Source: an uncultured bacterium (GTDB lineage: Bacteria > Actinomycetota > Acidimicrobiia > Spongiisociales > UBA5794). From it: a DNA stretch of 64,000 bases. A model generated the notes under the pieces. That model did not search any database and had not been told where the DNA came from. It was given only the letters and a program-made list of their open reading frames with translations. This document shows, in pieces, positions 8,885 to 17,900 of the stretch (positions are counted from its first letter, which is position 1; each line of letters opens with the position of its first letter). Made by a program: the position numbers and the translations under genes. The stretch spans positions 480,001 through 544,000 of the forward strand of contig CAWDDT010000009.1 of assembly GCA_963801165.1 (NCBI GenBank), written 5' to 3'.

Positions 8885-9002
8885 AGCCCCCCAGCCTACA
8901 ATTTCAGGCCCGCCCTCTCTCTGGCTACGAGCAGGCGTATCCTCCTATCCTGGCCCAGGCACTGCGGAGCGATCCATGCAATCCACAAAAGGGGATGAAT
9001 CC

Positions 9003-10013
9003 TTGATCATCGTCATGGCGAAAGACTGCTCTGCCGAGGACATAGCTCAGGTCATCGAGCGGCTGCGGGCGATCGGGGCCGAAGCCCATGTTTCCGAGGG
9101 CAAACAGCGGACGGTCATTGGCGTCGTGGGTGATCGCACCGCGATCCAGCTGCTGCCGTGGGAGGCGTTCACCGGGGTGGAGCGTGCGGTCCCGGTGCTC
9201 AAGCCGTTCAAGTTCGTCAGCCGCGACTTCCAGGTTGAGGACACCGTTGTCGACGTTGGCGGCGTTCCAGTGGGTGGCGGGCACTTCGCTGCCATTGCCG
9301 GGCCGTGCGCAGTGGAGTCACGGGAGCAGCTGTTTGCGGCTGCCGAAGCAGTCGCCAAGGCGGGCGCCAAGATCCTTCGCGGCGACGCCTTCAAGCCACG
9401 GACTTCGCCCTACTCGTTTCAGGGTCTTGCCGAGAAGGGTCTCGAGCTGATGGCGGAGGCCCGTGACGCGTTCGGGATGCCGTTCGTCGCCGAGGCTGTC
9501 GACCCCCGTGATGTGGAGTTGGTGAGCAGCTACGCCGATTTGATCCGGGTGGGCACGCGGAACATGGCGAACTTCACGCTGCTCTCGGAGCTGGGGAGGC
9601 AGGACAAACCGGTGATGCTCAAGCGGGGCCTCACCGCCACAATCGAGGAATGGCTCAACGCCGCCGAGTACATCTACAAGGAAGGCAACCACGACGTCAT
9701 CATGTGTGAGCGGGGCATTCGCACATTCGAGACGGCGACCCGCAACACCCTCGACATCTCTGCCGTGCCGGTGCTCAAGGAGCTTTCCCATCTTCCTGTC
9801 GTCGTTGATCCGTCGCACTCGGGGGGCAGGCGGTCGCTCGTCGCGGCGTTGACCCGGATCGCGGTTGCCTCAGGCGCAGACGGGTTCATGGTCGATGTGC
9901 ATCCGGCGCCCGAGACTGCTCTGGTCGACGGCCCCCAGGCGATTCTGCCCGGTGAGTTTGCAGAGTTGATGGATCAGGTGCGGGCCCTTCGCACCGTCAT
10001 GGAATCCTTCTAG
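9003..10013 (+). CDS. aroF: DAHP synthase (type I-beta, N-terminal regulatory domain)
   Basis: IAGPCAVES, AFKPRTSPYSFQG, KPVMLKRG, CERGIRTFE, DPSHS; TTG start after a GGGGA RBS. Confidence 0.95.
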   Translation: MIIVMAKDCSAEDIAQVIERLRAIGAEAHVSEGKQRTVIGVVGDRTAIQLLPWEAFTGVERAVPVLKPFKFVSRDFQVEDTVVDVGGVPVGGGHFAAIAGPCAVESREQLFAAAEAVAKAGAKILRGDAFKPRTSPYSFQGLAEKGLELMAEARDAFGMPFVAEAVDPRDVELVSSYADLIRVGTRNMANFTLLSELGRQDKPVMLKRGLTATIEEWLNAAEYIYKEGNHDVIMCERGIRTFETATRNTLDISAVPVLKELSHLPVVVDPSHSGGRRSLVAALTRIAVASGADGFMVDVHPAPETALVDGPQAILPGEFAELMDQVRALRTVMESF

Positions 10014-10022
10014 AGGCCGTTG

Positions 10023-11045
10023 ATGCCCACTGCCGCCATCGCCGGGACGGGGCTGATTGGTGCCTCGATAGGGCTCGGTCTGACGCGCGCCGGCTGGGCG
10101 GTCACCGGGTGGGACCCGAGCCGGCAGCGGCTCGATACCGCCGTCGCCATCGGCGCAGTCGCGAACCGCAGTGGCTCGTTCGACGAGCTGGTGGGGCGCG
10201 CCGTGGACCTGCTGGTGCTCGCCGGGCCGCCGCGGGCGATCCTGGAGCAGGTCGGGGCCCTGACGACCGGGGCGTTGGTGATCGACGTCGCCGGGGTCAA
10301 AGGTCCCATCGTTGCCGCTGCCGGCGCTCCCAGGTTTGTCGGCACGCACCCCATGGCAGGGCGGGAGATCCAGGGTCCGGAGGGGGCGACCCCTTCGCTG
10401 TTCCGGGGAGCGACCTGGGTGATCGTCACCGACGGCGCCGCCCCTGACGATCTCGACATGGTCGAAGACATCCTCGTCCAGCTGGGCGCCCGCCCACTGC
10501 GGATGACCGCCGCCGCCCACGATGCCGGCGTCGCCATGATCAGCCACCTTCCTCAGGTTCTGGCGACGACTCTCGTCAACGAAGCTGCGGACCGTACCAA
10601 GACGCTCGAGCTGGTGGCGGGCAGCTTTCGTGATCTGACCCGGGTTGCCGCATCCGACCCCGCGATGTGGATCGATCTGTTCGAGATAAACCGGCCGAAC
10701 GTGGTGGCGGTCATCGAGGATTTCCGGGAGCGGCTCGGTGCAGTCGCCCGCGCAATCGGTGCCGATGACACCGACGGGATCAGGGACTTTCTCGATCGGG
10801 GCCGGGAGGTTCGGCGCGGTCTCGCCCCCGGCGCCGTGGCGATACGTGTGGCGCTCGCCGACGAGCCCGGTGAGCTGGCCCGGGTCGGCCGTGCTTTTGG
10901 CGCATCCTCTGTCGATATTCGTGATCTACAGCTCCGTCATTCCCCCCACGGCGGCGGTGGTGTGCTCACGGTGTCGGTGCGCCCCGGTGAGGAGGAGGCG
11001 CTGCGCACCGCACTGGGCGACGAGGGGCTTCTGGTTCTGGACTAG
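10023..11045 (+). CDS. tyrA: Prephenate dehydrogenase with C-terminal ACT domain
   Basis: GTGLIGAS, DVAGVK, GTHPMAGRE, HD...AMISHLPQ, SFRDLTRVA, DEPGELA. Confidence 0.92.
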   Translation: MPTAAIAGTGLIGASIGLGLTRAGWAVTGWDPSRQRLDTAVAIGAVANRSGSFDELVGRAVDLLVLAGPPRAILEQVGALTTGALVIDVAGVKGPIVAAAGAPRFVGTHPMAGREIQGPEGATPSLFRGATWVIVTDGAAPDDLDMVEDILVQLGARPLRMTAAAHDAGVAMISHLPQVLATTLVNEAADRTKTLELVAGSFRDLTRVAASDPAMWIDLFEINRPNVVAVIEDFRERLGAVARAIGADDTDGIRDFLDRGREVRRGLAPGAVAIRVALADEPGELARVGRAFGASSVDIRDLQLRHSPHGGGGVLTVSVRPGEEEALRTALGDEGLLVLD

Positions 11046-11059
11046 GTCGGAGTCGCCCA

Positions 11060-11089
11060 GCTGGGAAAGGTGCGTTTCCCAGCGTTCTT
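11060..11089 (+). terminator. Intrinsic terminator after tyrA
   Basis: GCTGGGAAA-ggtgcg-TTTCCCAGC followed by GTTCTT. Confidence 0.6.
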
Positions 11090-11148
11090 GCGTACATGGT
11101 GCCGGGCGGTTTCAGATACGCCGGAAGCAGGACGGTCGCTGCGTGTGG

Positions 11149-11487
11149 TCAGTAGCTGAGCAGGGTCTTGATGACAGTGGTGGCTTGGCTGCTGATGTCT
11201 CGATTGACGGCGCCGAGTCGATGGACCAGTCGGTTGCGGTTGATCGATCTGATCAGTTCGCACTGGATGTAGCTGGTGGTGTCGAGACCGGTCTCGGCGG
11301 TTGCCTCGACTTCTACGTGAAGTGATAGCCCTCGTCGGGCGGTAGTCAATGGGGTGACAATCACGAAGGGAAATCCAGGACCGAAGGTGTCGGGCGGACC
11401 GACGATCAGCGCCGGTCGGTACGACGCCGGCTCGCCGGGGTACGGCTGGCCGAAATCGACGAGCCAGAGATCATCAACCGATGCCAT
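11149..11487 (-). CDS. PemK/MazF-family toxin
   Basis: LWLVDFG...GE....RPALIV, PLTT, S.IQCELIRSI...RL...LG. Confidence 0.88.
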   Translation of the reverse strand: MASVDDLWLVDFGQPYPGEPASYRPALIVGPPDTFGPGFPFVIVTPLTTARRGLSLHVEVEATAETGLDTTSYIQCELIRSINRNRLVHRLGAVNRDISSQATTVIKTLLSY

Positions 11488-11710
11488 CGCTCACCGACGT
11501 GTTGTCCGCCTCAGCAAGGTAGGCCTCCCATGCCTGAGGGCTCTCACGGAGCTTGTCGAGTTCGGCGGCCACCTGGTGAGCAAAACGTTGCCGGCTGAGG
11601 GCTTCGGTGGCATCACGTACCGTCTCGATCAGCGATGCCCCGCTCTCTTTGCTCAAGTCGAGAAGGCGGGCGTGTGTGTCGGTATCGACTCGAATCGTTG
11701 TCGTTCCCAT
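11474..11710 (-). CDS. Cognate antitoxin (ribbon-helix-helix-like)
   Basis: TTTIRVDTDTHARL; overlaps the toxin start; leaderless (-10 TAGACT 6 nt upstream); TACATAATGTA palindrome overlaps the promoter. Confidence 0.75.
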   Translation of the reverse strand: MGTTTIRVDTDTHARLLDLSKESGASLIETVRDATEALSRQRFAHQVAAELDKLRESPQAWEAYLAEADNTSVSDGIG

Positions 11711-11769
11711 ACCATCAGTCTACATAATGTATGCGCCACGGTCTACACTCAGGGCCGGCGGGGGACTGA

Positions 11770-12987
11770 CTAGGGGCGGAGCCGGATCGGGACGGACTCG
11801 TAGCCGTGGATGGTGAAGGTGTGGTGCCGAACCGGGTCGCTGCGCAGCTCCATTTCCGGGGCGGTCTTGGCGAGCGTTGCCAGACCCTCGGCGAGCTCGA
11901 TGCGGGCGAGCGGGGCGCCCAGACAGTGATGGGTTCCGCCGCCGAAGCCGACGTGATTCGCCGCGTGCCGGCGGGCGTGGAACGCGTCCGGGTCGTCGAA
12001 GGCACGCGGGTCGCGGTTTGCCGAGCCGAACAACATCCCGATCTTGTCGCCGAACGCCAGCGTGGTGTCTGCGATTTCGACGTCGTCCTCGAGGACCCAC
12101 CGCTCGAACAGCTGTAGCGGCGCATCCCAGCGCACCATCTCCTCGATGGCGATCTGTGGTGCTACCCAACCATCGACCACCCGATGCCATTCGTCGCGGT
12201 GGGTCAGGAAAGCGGTGATCCCGTTTCCGAAGGTGTTGACGACCGCCTCGTGGCCGGCGTTGAGCAGCACGATCGTCGTGGAGACGATCTCTTCGTCGGT
12301 GAGTTGCTCGCCATCGACCTCGGCGTGCACGAGGTCGCCGATGAGACCACCTCGCGGCTTGTCGCGATGGAAGTGGATGAGTCCCCGCACATAGCGGTCA
12401 AACAATCCGGCGGCGTCGGCGGCACGCCGGGCCTGGTCGTCCGTTGTGTTCAACTCGTACATCTTCACCATGCGGTGTGACCAGTCGAGCAGGTCCTTGT
12501 GGTCTTCGAACGGGACACCCAGCAGCCGGCAGATGATTGCCACCGAGTAGGGCTGGGCGAAGTCGGCCAACAGGTCGATGTCGTTCTGTTCGAGGAGCAC
12601 GTCGAGGATCAGTCGCGCCGTTTCTTGTGACGGTTCCCGCATCGCCTCAACAGCGCGGACCGTGAATGCTTTGGATACGAGCTGGCGAAGCCTGGTGTGC
12701 TCGGGAGGCTCGAGCTCGAGCAGAGAGTGTTGTTCCACCTTCCAGAATGAGCTCCACCGCGGATCCCGCGGCGTTGCCCCGATCTCATCCCCGGTGGTCA
12801 CGTGGTCGTAAACCCGACCGAGGCGCCGGTCGCGGAGACATGCTTTGACATCCTTGTGTCTGGTAACCATCCAGAGGTTCGATGGCTCGTCGTAGATCAG
12901 CGGAGCTGATTCACGCATCTCGGCCAGCGCCGGATACGGATTCTGGGTGAATTCCCGGCTGGTCACGTCGAGTAGCGAGCTGTTCAT
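11770..12987 (-). CDS. Cytochrome P450
   Basis: NAGHEA I-helix, EEMVR, FGGGTHHCLGAPLAR heme motif. Confidence 0.97.
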   Translation of the reverse strand: MNSSLLDVTSREFTQNPYPALAEMRESAPLIYDEPSNLWMVTRHKDVKACLRDRRLGRVYDHVTTGDEIGATPRDPRWSSFWKVEQHSLLELEPPEHTRLRQLVSKAFTVRAVEAMREPSQETARLILDVLLEQNDIDLLADFAQPYSVAIICRLLGVPFEDHKDLLDWSHRMVKMYELNTTDDQARRAADAAGLFDRYVRGLIHFHRDKPRGGLIGDLVHAEVDGEQLTDEEIVSTTIVLLNAGHEAVVNTFGNGITAFLTHRDEWHRVVDGWVAPQIAIEEMVRWDAPLQLFERWVLEDDVEIADTTLAFGDKIGMLFGSANRDPRAFDDPDAFHARRHAANHVGFGGGTHHCLGAPLARIELAEGLATLAKTAPEMELRSDPVRHHTFTIHGYESVPIRLRP

Positions 12988-13020
12988 AGCCCGAACCTAC
13001 TCACTAGACACCAGATCGCG

Positions 13021-13037
13021 TAACCGATTATCGGTTA
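13021..13037. promoter_or_regulatory. Perfect inverted repeat, probable transcription-factor site
   Basis: TAACCGAT-T-ATCGGTTA between the divergent P450 and MetH-domain genes. Confidence 0.55.
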
Positions 13038-13182
13038 TGACTGATTCTTGGGGGGCTCGCCCACCCGCTTCGCTACGGGTTCGAGTTCGGAGGTTGGGGT
13101 AATCCACGGTTTATTGGCGGTCTTGGCTTATCGTCGAGTCGATGAAGACCCAACCGTGTCGGCAATGATCGAGGCTGTGACG

Positions 13183-14007
13183 ATGGTCATGTCCCCCGCC
13201 CCGGCATATGTGCGATCGGCGACGATTTCGGCTGCCAATCCGACGATTGAGCCGCCGTTTCTGGGGGCACACGTGGTGGGTCCCGTGCGCCCCGACGAGA
13301 TCGTCGGCTACCTGGACGAGGACGCACTGTTCGGAGCCCGGTGGCACCTGAGTCCCGGCGCCGGTGAGAGCGAGTCCGCGTTCCGTCGGTCCGCCCGTCG
13401 TTTGCTCGTCGAGCAACTTGCCGCTGCCGCCAAGCAAGAGATATTCGCTCCCCAGGTTGCCTACGGGTACTTCCCGGCCAACAGCGACGGTAACGAGGTG
13501 ATCATCTGGGATGACGAGATGTCGAGCGAGAGGGCCCGTCTCGTCTTCAAACGGCAGAGCGGGCAACCGCGACTATGTGTTGCGGACTACGTCAAACCGG
13601 TGGGTCAGATCGACTACGTGGCGCTGCAGATGGTCACGATGGGCAACCGGATGTCCCGACGCAGCCCCGATCACTACGGGGGAGCCACCCCGGAGAGCTA
13701 CTTGCGGCTGCACGGCCTCGGTATCGCAATGGAAGACGCCCTCACCGAGTACTGGCATCGTCGTATCCGTATCGAATGGGGTTTCTGGGACGAGGATGGC
13801 CCGTCGCTCGGTCTGGTGTTCCGCCAGTTCTACAGGGGTGGCCGGTACCCCGTGCCGGGCAACGAGCACACGGTCGCCGAACTGTTGGGTGCGGAGCGAA
13901 TCGGTGTGACCGTCGGTGGCGCCGGTGACGATCCGCTTCAGCCCGAGTTGACCACGGTGCGGCTCATCGTCCACCACCCACAGGCAGGCGGCTTCGTCAT
14001 CGACTGA
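13183..14007 (+). CDS. Stand-alone B12-dependent methionine synthase activation-domain protein (degenerate)
   Basis: PPFLG, LDE.ALF..RW, YGYFPANSDG, F.RQ....LC.ADY, VTMG, YL.LHGL, EYWH.RIR.EWG, HHPQA; start uncertain. Confidence 0.8.
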   Translation: MVMSPAPAYVRSATISAANPTIEPPFLGAHVVGPVRPDEIVGYLDEDALFGARWHLSPGAGESESAFRRSARRLLVEQLAAAAKQEIFAPQVAYGYFPANSDGNEVIIWDDEMSSERARLVFKRQSGQPRLCVADYVKPVGQIDYVALQMVTMGNRMSRRSPDHYGGATPESYLRLHGLGIAMEDALTEYWHRRIRIEWGFWDEDGPSLGLVFRQFYRGGRYPVPGNEHTVAELLGAERIGVTVGGAGDDPLQPELTTVRLIVHHPQAGGFVID

Positions 14008-14089
14008 GGTCGGCCCGATAGAGCTTACCTGGGGGGCCGGAAGCGTCCGCTGTGGGAGCTCCCAACCCCCGAGGTTGCTCAGCCGTGAC

Positions 14090-14584
14090 TCAATCGACCG
14101 GGCACTGCCGGACGTTGGGGTTGTAGTCCGCAAAGATCCCTGATGGGTTCTTCTTCCAGATCCAGGCGTGGAGCACCCAGACCCCGAGTGCGGTGTTCTC
14201 GTGAAATGGCATGCCGAACAACCGGGGCGGATTGGCCGGATCGACCAGGTCCCCGGGAACGATGTACTCCACCGCTACCAACCTGAGGCCTCTTCCGGTG
14301 ACTTCGTAGACCATGGCCTCGGGGCTGAGGGCGTCGACCTCGGCATCGAGCGCGTTCAGATTCACGTAGTGCTGGCCCATTCCACCTGCGTCTGAGTCGA
14401 AGCAGTCGAGGAACATCGAGTACCCCGCGCTCTCAGCGTTGGCAACGTTGTGGTACGCGGCCGTGGCCTGCCTAACGCCGTTCAGTGACTGGCTCAGCTC
14501 GGATGCGCTGGCCACTCCGGGCAGCGTGGTGAGCGCAACCGCCACCAGCGCGAGCGTGATGCTGCGGGCTGCCGTCGTTCTCAT
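14090..14584 (-). CDS. Secreted hypothetical protein
   Basis: Signal peptide MRTTAARSITLALVAVALTTLPGVASA; GGMGQHY, PEAMVY, LVAVEY, LHAWIWKKNPSGIFADYNP motifs; ATGA overlap with DUF4242. Confidence 0.75.
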   Translation of the reverse strand: MRTTAARSITLALVAVALTTLPGVASASELSQSLNGVRQATAAYHNVANAESAGYSMFLDCFDSDAGGMGQHYVNLNALDAEVDALSPEAMVYEVTGRGLRLVAVEYIVPGDLVDPANPPRLFGMPFHENTALGVWVLHAWIWKKNPSGIFADYNPNVRQCPVD

Positions 14585-14832
14585 CCTTCCGACACCTCGA
14601 ATATCTCGTCGGCGACCAGGCCGTGCGCTTCCCGGTGCACGGTCGCTGCAGCGTCGGCGCTCGGCGCCTCTACCAGACAGAAGACCTTGCCGGCCCTCTC
14701 GTCGACCCAGTAGCTGCGATAGTTGACGCCGTGTTTCCCCTGGATCTCCAGGTCCGCCTCGTGGGCCTTGGCCACGTCTGCTGCGGTCGCCCCATCTGGC
14801 AGGTGGGCGTGAACGTCCATATACAAGGGCAT
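14581..14832 (-). CDS. DUF4242 (SCO4226-like nickel-binding) protein
   Basis: PLYMDVH...AHEADL.IQ..HGV....YWVDE..GKVFCLVEAP..DAA..VHREAHGLVADEI. Confidence 0.9.
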   Translation of the reverse strand: MPLYMDVHAHLPDGATAADVAKAHEADLEIQGKHGVNYRSYWVDERAGKVFCLVEAPSADAAATVHREAHGLVADEIFEVSEG

Positions 14833-14937
14833 TTGCTTTCTCCTTCTGCTTGGAACCCTTCACCCACACGTTGACCGACGACGATCGTTTTCAGGTTGTA
14901 CGGCGCTTTGATCCGGATAGCACGGTACGTTTGCGTC

Positions 14938-17900
14938 ATGCGGATCAACGTCCTCGGCCCTCTCGAGGTCCTCGACCCACTCATTGCGGTGAGTCGGCCT
15001 GCCGACCGCGCCGTTATGACCATCCTGGCTGCATCGTCCGGCGAGCTCGTGTCGATCGACAGGCTGGTCGACGGCCTGTGGGGCGAACGGGCACCCGACT
15101 CGGCATCAAGGACGCTGCGCACCTATGTCCACCATCTGCGTTCGCTCATGCCTGAAGGTGTCATTGCGACTGCCGGTGCGGGATACCGGCTGGATCTCGA
15201 GCCCGGCTGTGTGGATGCCGACCAATTCATCACGGGTCTCGAGTCGGCCGGCGATCTGGTCGCGCAGGATCCGTCCGAGGGGGCGCGATTGCTCCGCGCT
15301 GCGCTGGAGCTCTGGCGAGGCTCACCGTTTGCCGATGCTCCGAACGCCGACCACCTGATCCCGCTCCGAACCCGTCTCGAGAGTCTGCACCTCCAGGCAC
15401 GGGTCGATCTGCTGGGTACCCGGCTCGCAATGGGCGAGGACCAGGAGCTAGTCCCGGAGTTGCGGGCCTTGCTCGAGGAGCAGCCGCTGCTCGAGGACGC
15501 CTGGGCGCTGCTGATGACGGCCCTGTACCGCACCGGCCGGCAAGCCGATTCACTGCGCGCCTACGCCTCGGCCCGCCGCCACCTGGTCGAGGAGCTAGGC
15601 ATCGACCCGGGTCCCGATCTCAGACACCTCGAGGCGCGGATCCTTGCGCAGGACCCGGGTCTTCTTCTGACACCGCCGCCGATGGTGTCGTCCACGCAAA
15701 CAGAGCCCGGCCCGCTTCTCAGCGAGCCACAGCGCCGGCTGGCGACGTTTGTCCTGGCCGAGATGACCGCGGAACGGACGGGTGGAGAAGGTGCTTCCGA
15801 GCCGCTCGACGTTGTGCGCGGGGCGCTGGAGAGGCTTGGTGGATCGATTGTGGCGACAAGCGCTTCATCGGTGATCGCATCGTTCGGGATTCCCGTGGCG
15901 CGCGACGACGACGCCTATCGAGCCATCCGGGGAGCAATAGAGGCGCGCAGCGAGACTGCCCTGGCGGGACGAGCCGGCGACGCACCCGCGGATATCCACC
16001 TAGCCGTCCTCTCGCTGCCGGTCGATGTGACGGCGGGGAAGGTTTCACAGCTGACCGGGGTGACCGGACGGCTCATCGACCTGCTCTCGGCCGCCGATCC
16101 GGGCGACGTCGTTGTCGACGGCGCCACCAGGCGACGACTGGACCGCCTTTTCACGTGGGAGGAAGACTCGGCCGTGGCGCCGGACGGCGTTCCGGTGTGG
16201 CGTGTGGGCTCGACTCGCGGCACCGCCGACAAAGTACGCATGTCGCCCCGGCTGCGGGCCCGTTTCGTCGGGAGGGAAACCGAGCTGACCGCAGCCCGTA
16301 CCGTGATCGACGCAGGCAATAAGGGGCTTGGTGGCCTGCTGATTGTGCGCGGTGAGGCAGGTGTCGGCAAGACCCGTCTGGTCGAGGAGCTCAGGTCCCA
16401 TGCGAGCGGGCAGATGACCTGGCTGGTTGGCCATTGTGCTGCCTACGCCGAGGCGATTCCGTACTGGCCCATCGCAAGCCTCCTCCGCGACTGGCTCGAC
16501 CTCGGTGTCGACGACACTGACGTGAAGGCTCGAGTTGCCCTCCAGGCCAAGCTGGAGTCGACGCTCGACTCACCCGAACGCGTCTTCCCCTACCTGGCCG
16601 GGGTGCTGGGAGGTACCCAAGACAAGAGCTCGGGGACTCGCACGAACCTGGCCCCCGAAGCGCTCCAGTACCGGACCTTCGAGGCGCTTGGTGAGCTGGT
16701 CGAGGCGCTCGCCAGGCGTGCGCCACTGGTGGCGATCATCGAAGACGTGCATTGGGCGGATCCCACCTCGCTGCGTCTCATCGAGCAGTTGCTCGAATAC
16801 ACCGAGCGCACCGCGCTCGTCATCGTCCTCACCATGCGGCCCGACCCCGACCATACCTCCCAGCAGTTGCTCGAGGTGGTCCACAGGACCATCCCACACC
16901 GTGTCACCGAGATCCATGTCGATGTGTTGCTGCAGCCGGCGCAAGCGGAGATGCTCGACTCGATGGTGGGGGCGGGGACGCTTCCGGAGAAGACGGTTGG
17001 CCAGCTTCTCCAGCTTGCAGAGGGCAACCCCTTCTATGTCGAGGAGCTGGTCGGAACGCTCGTGGACGCCGGTGCCCTCGTGCGCGCCGGGACGGTATGG
17101 CGGTTCGACCACGATCTGCCCTTAACGGTCCCGGAGTCGGTCGAGAAGATCGTGCAATCACGCATCGACCGGCTCGATCCCCATACTCGCGAGGTGGTCA
17201 CCTCGGCCGCGGTGCTGGGACGAAGCTTCGGGTTGCCGCTGCTCCAAGGGGTCACCGAGGAGCCCGAGGAGCTGCTGACATCGATCAACCAGCTTCTCCG
17301 GCTCGATCTTCTCATCGAGGTGCGCCGGTGGCCACAGGCCGAGTATGTGTTCAAGCATGCCCTGACCCAGGAAGCCGCGTATCGCACCCTGTCGGAGGAG
17401 AGACGCCGCGACCTGCATCGGCGCGCCGCCGTCTGGCTCGAGCATCGCCACGAAGGCAACCTCAACGAGGTTGCCGGTCTGCTCGCCAACCATTGGCTGG
17501 CGGCGGGCGACGAGTCAAAGGCAACCGTCGCATTGCTGCGCGCCGGTGACGTCGCCAGGAGCGAGCACGCGCTCGACGAGGCGATCGGCCACTACAGGGC
17601 GGCGTTGCCGATCCTCGAGCGCGACCCCGATCGCCGGGAGACTGCCGTCTTGCTGCTGAAGCTGGCCAATGCCTTCCACTCGTCGTTGCGATTCGCCGAG
17701 GCCAACGACGCTTACCAGCAGGCGTTCGAGTTGTGGGATTACGGGGACGTCGCCGAAGCGACGGAGACACTGCGTGTTTCCGGCCCACCGTTCTACCGGC
17801 CGGCAGACCCTGTCCGTTCATATGCGCTGCAGGACATCCAATTACAGATGGCGTTGTTTGATCGCCTGGTCGAGCGTTGGCCGGATGACACGCTTGTCCC

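Noticed and set aside
14833-14937. SARP heptamer direct repeats
   Set aside because: No convincing repeats at 11-bp spacing by eye.
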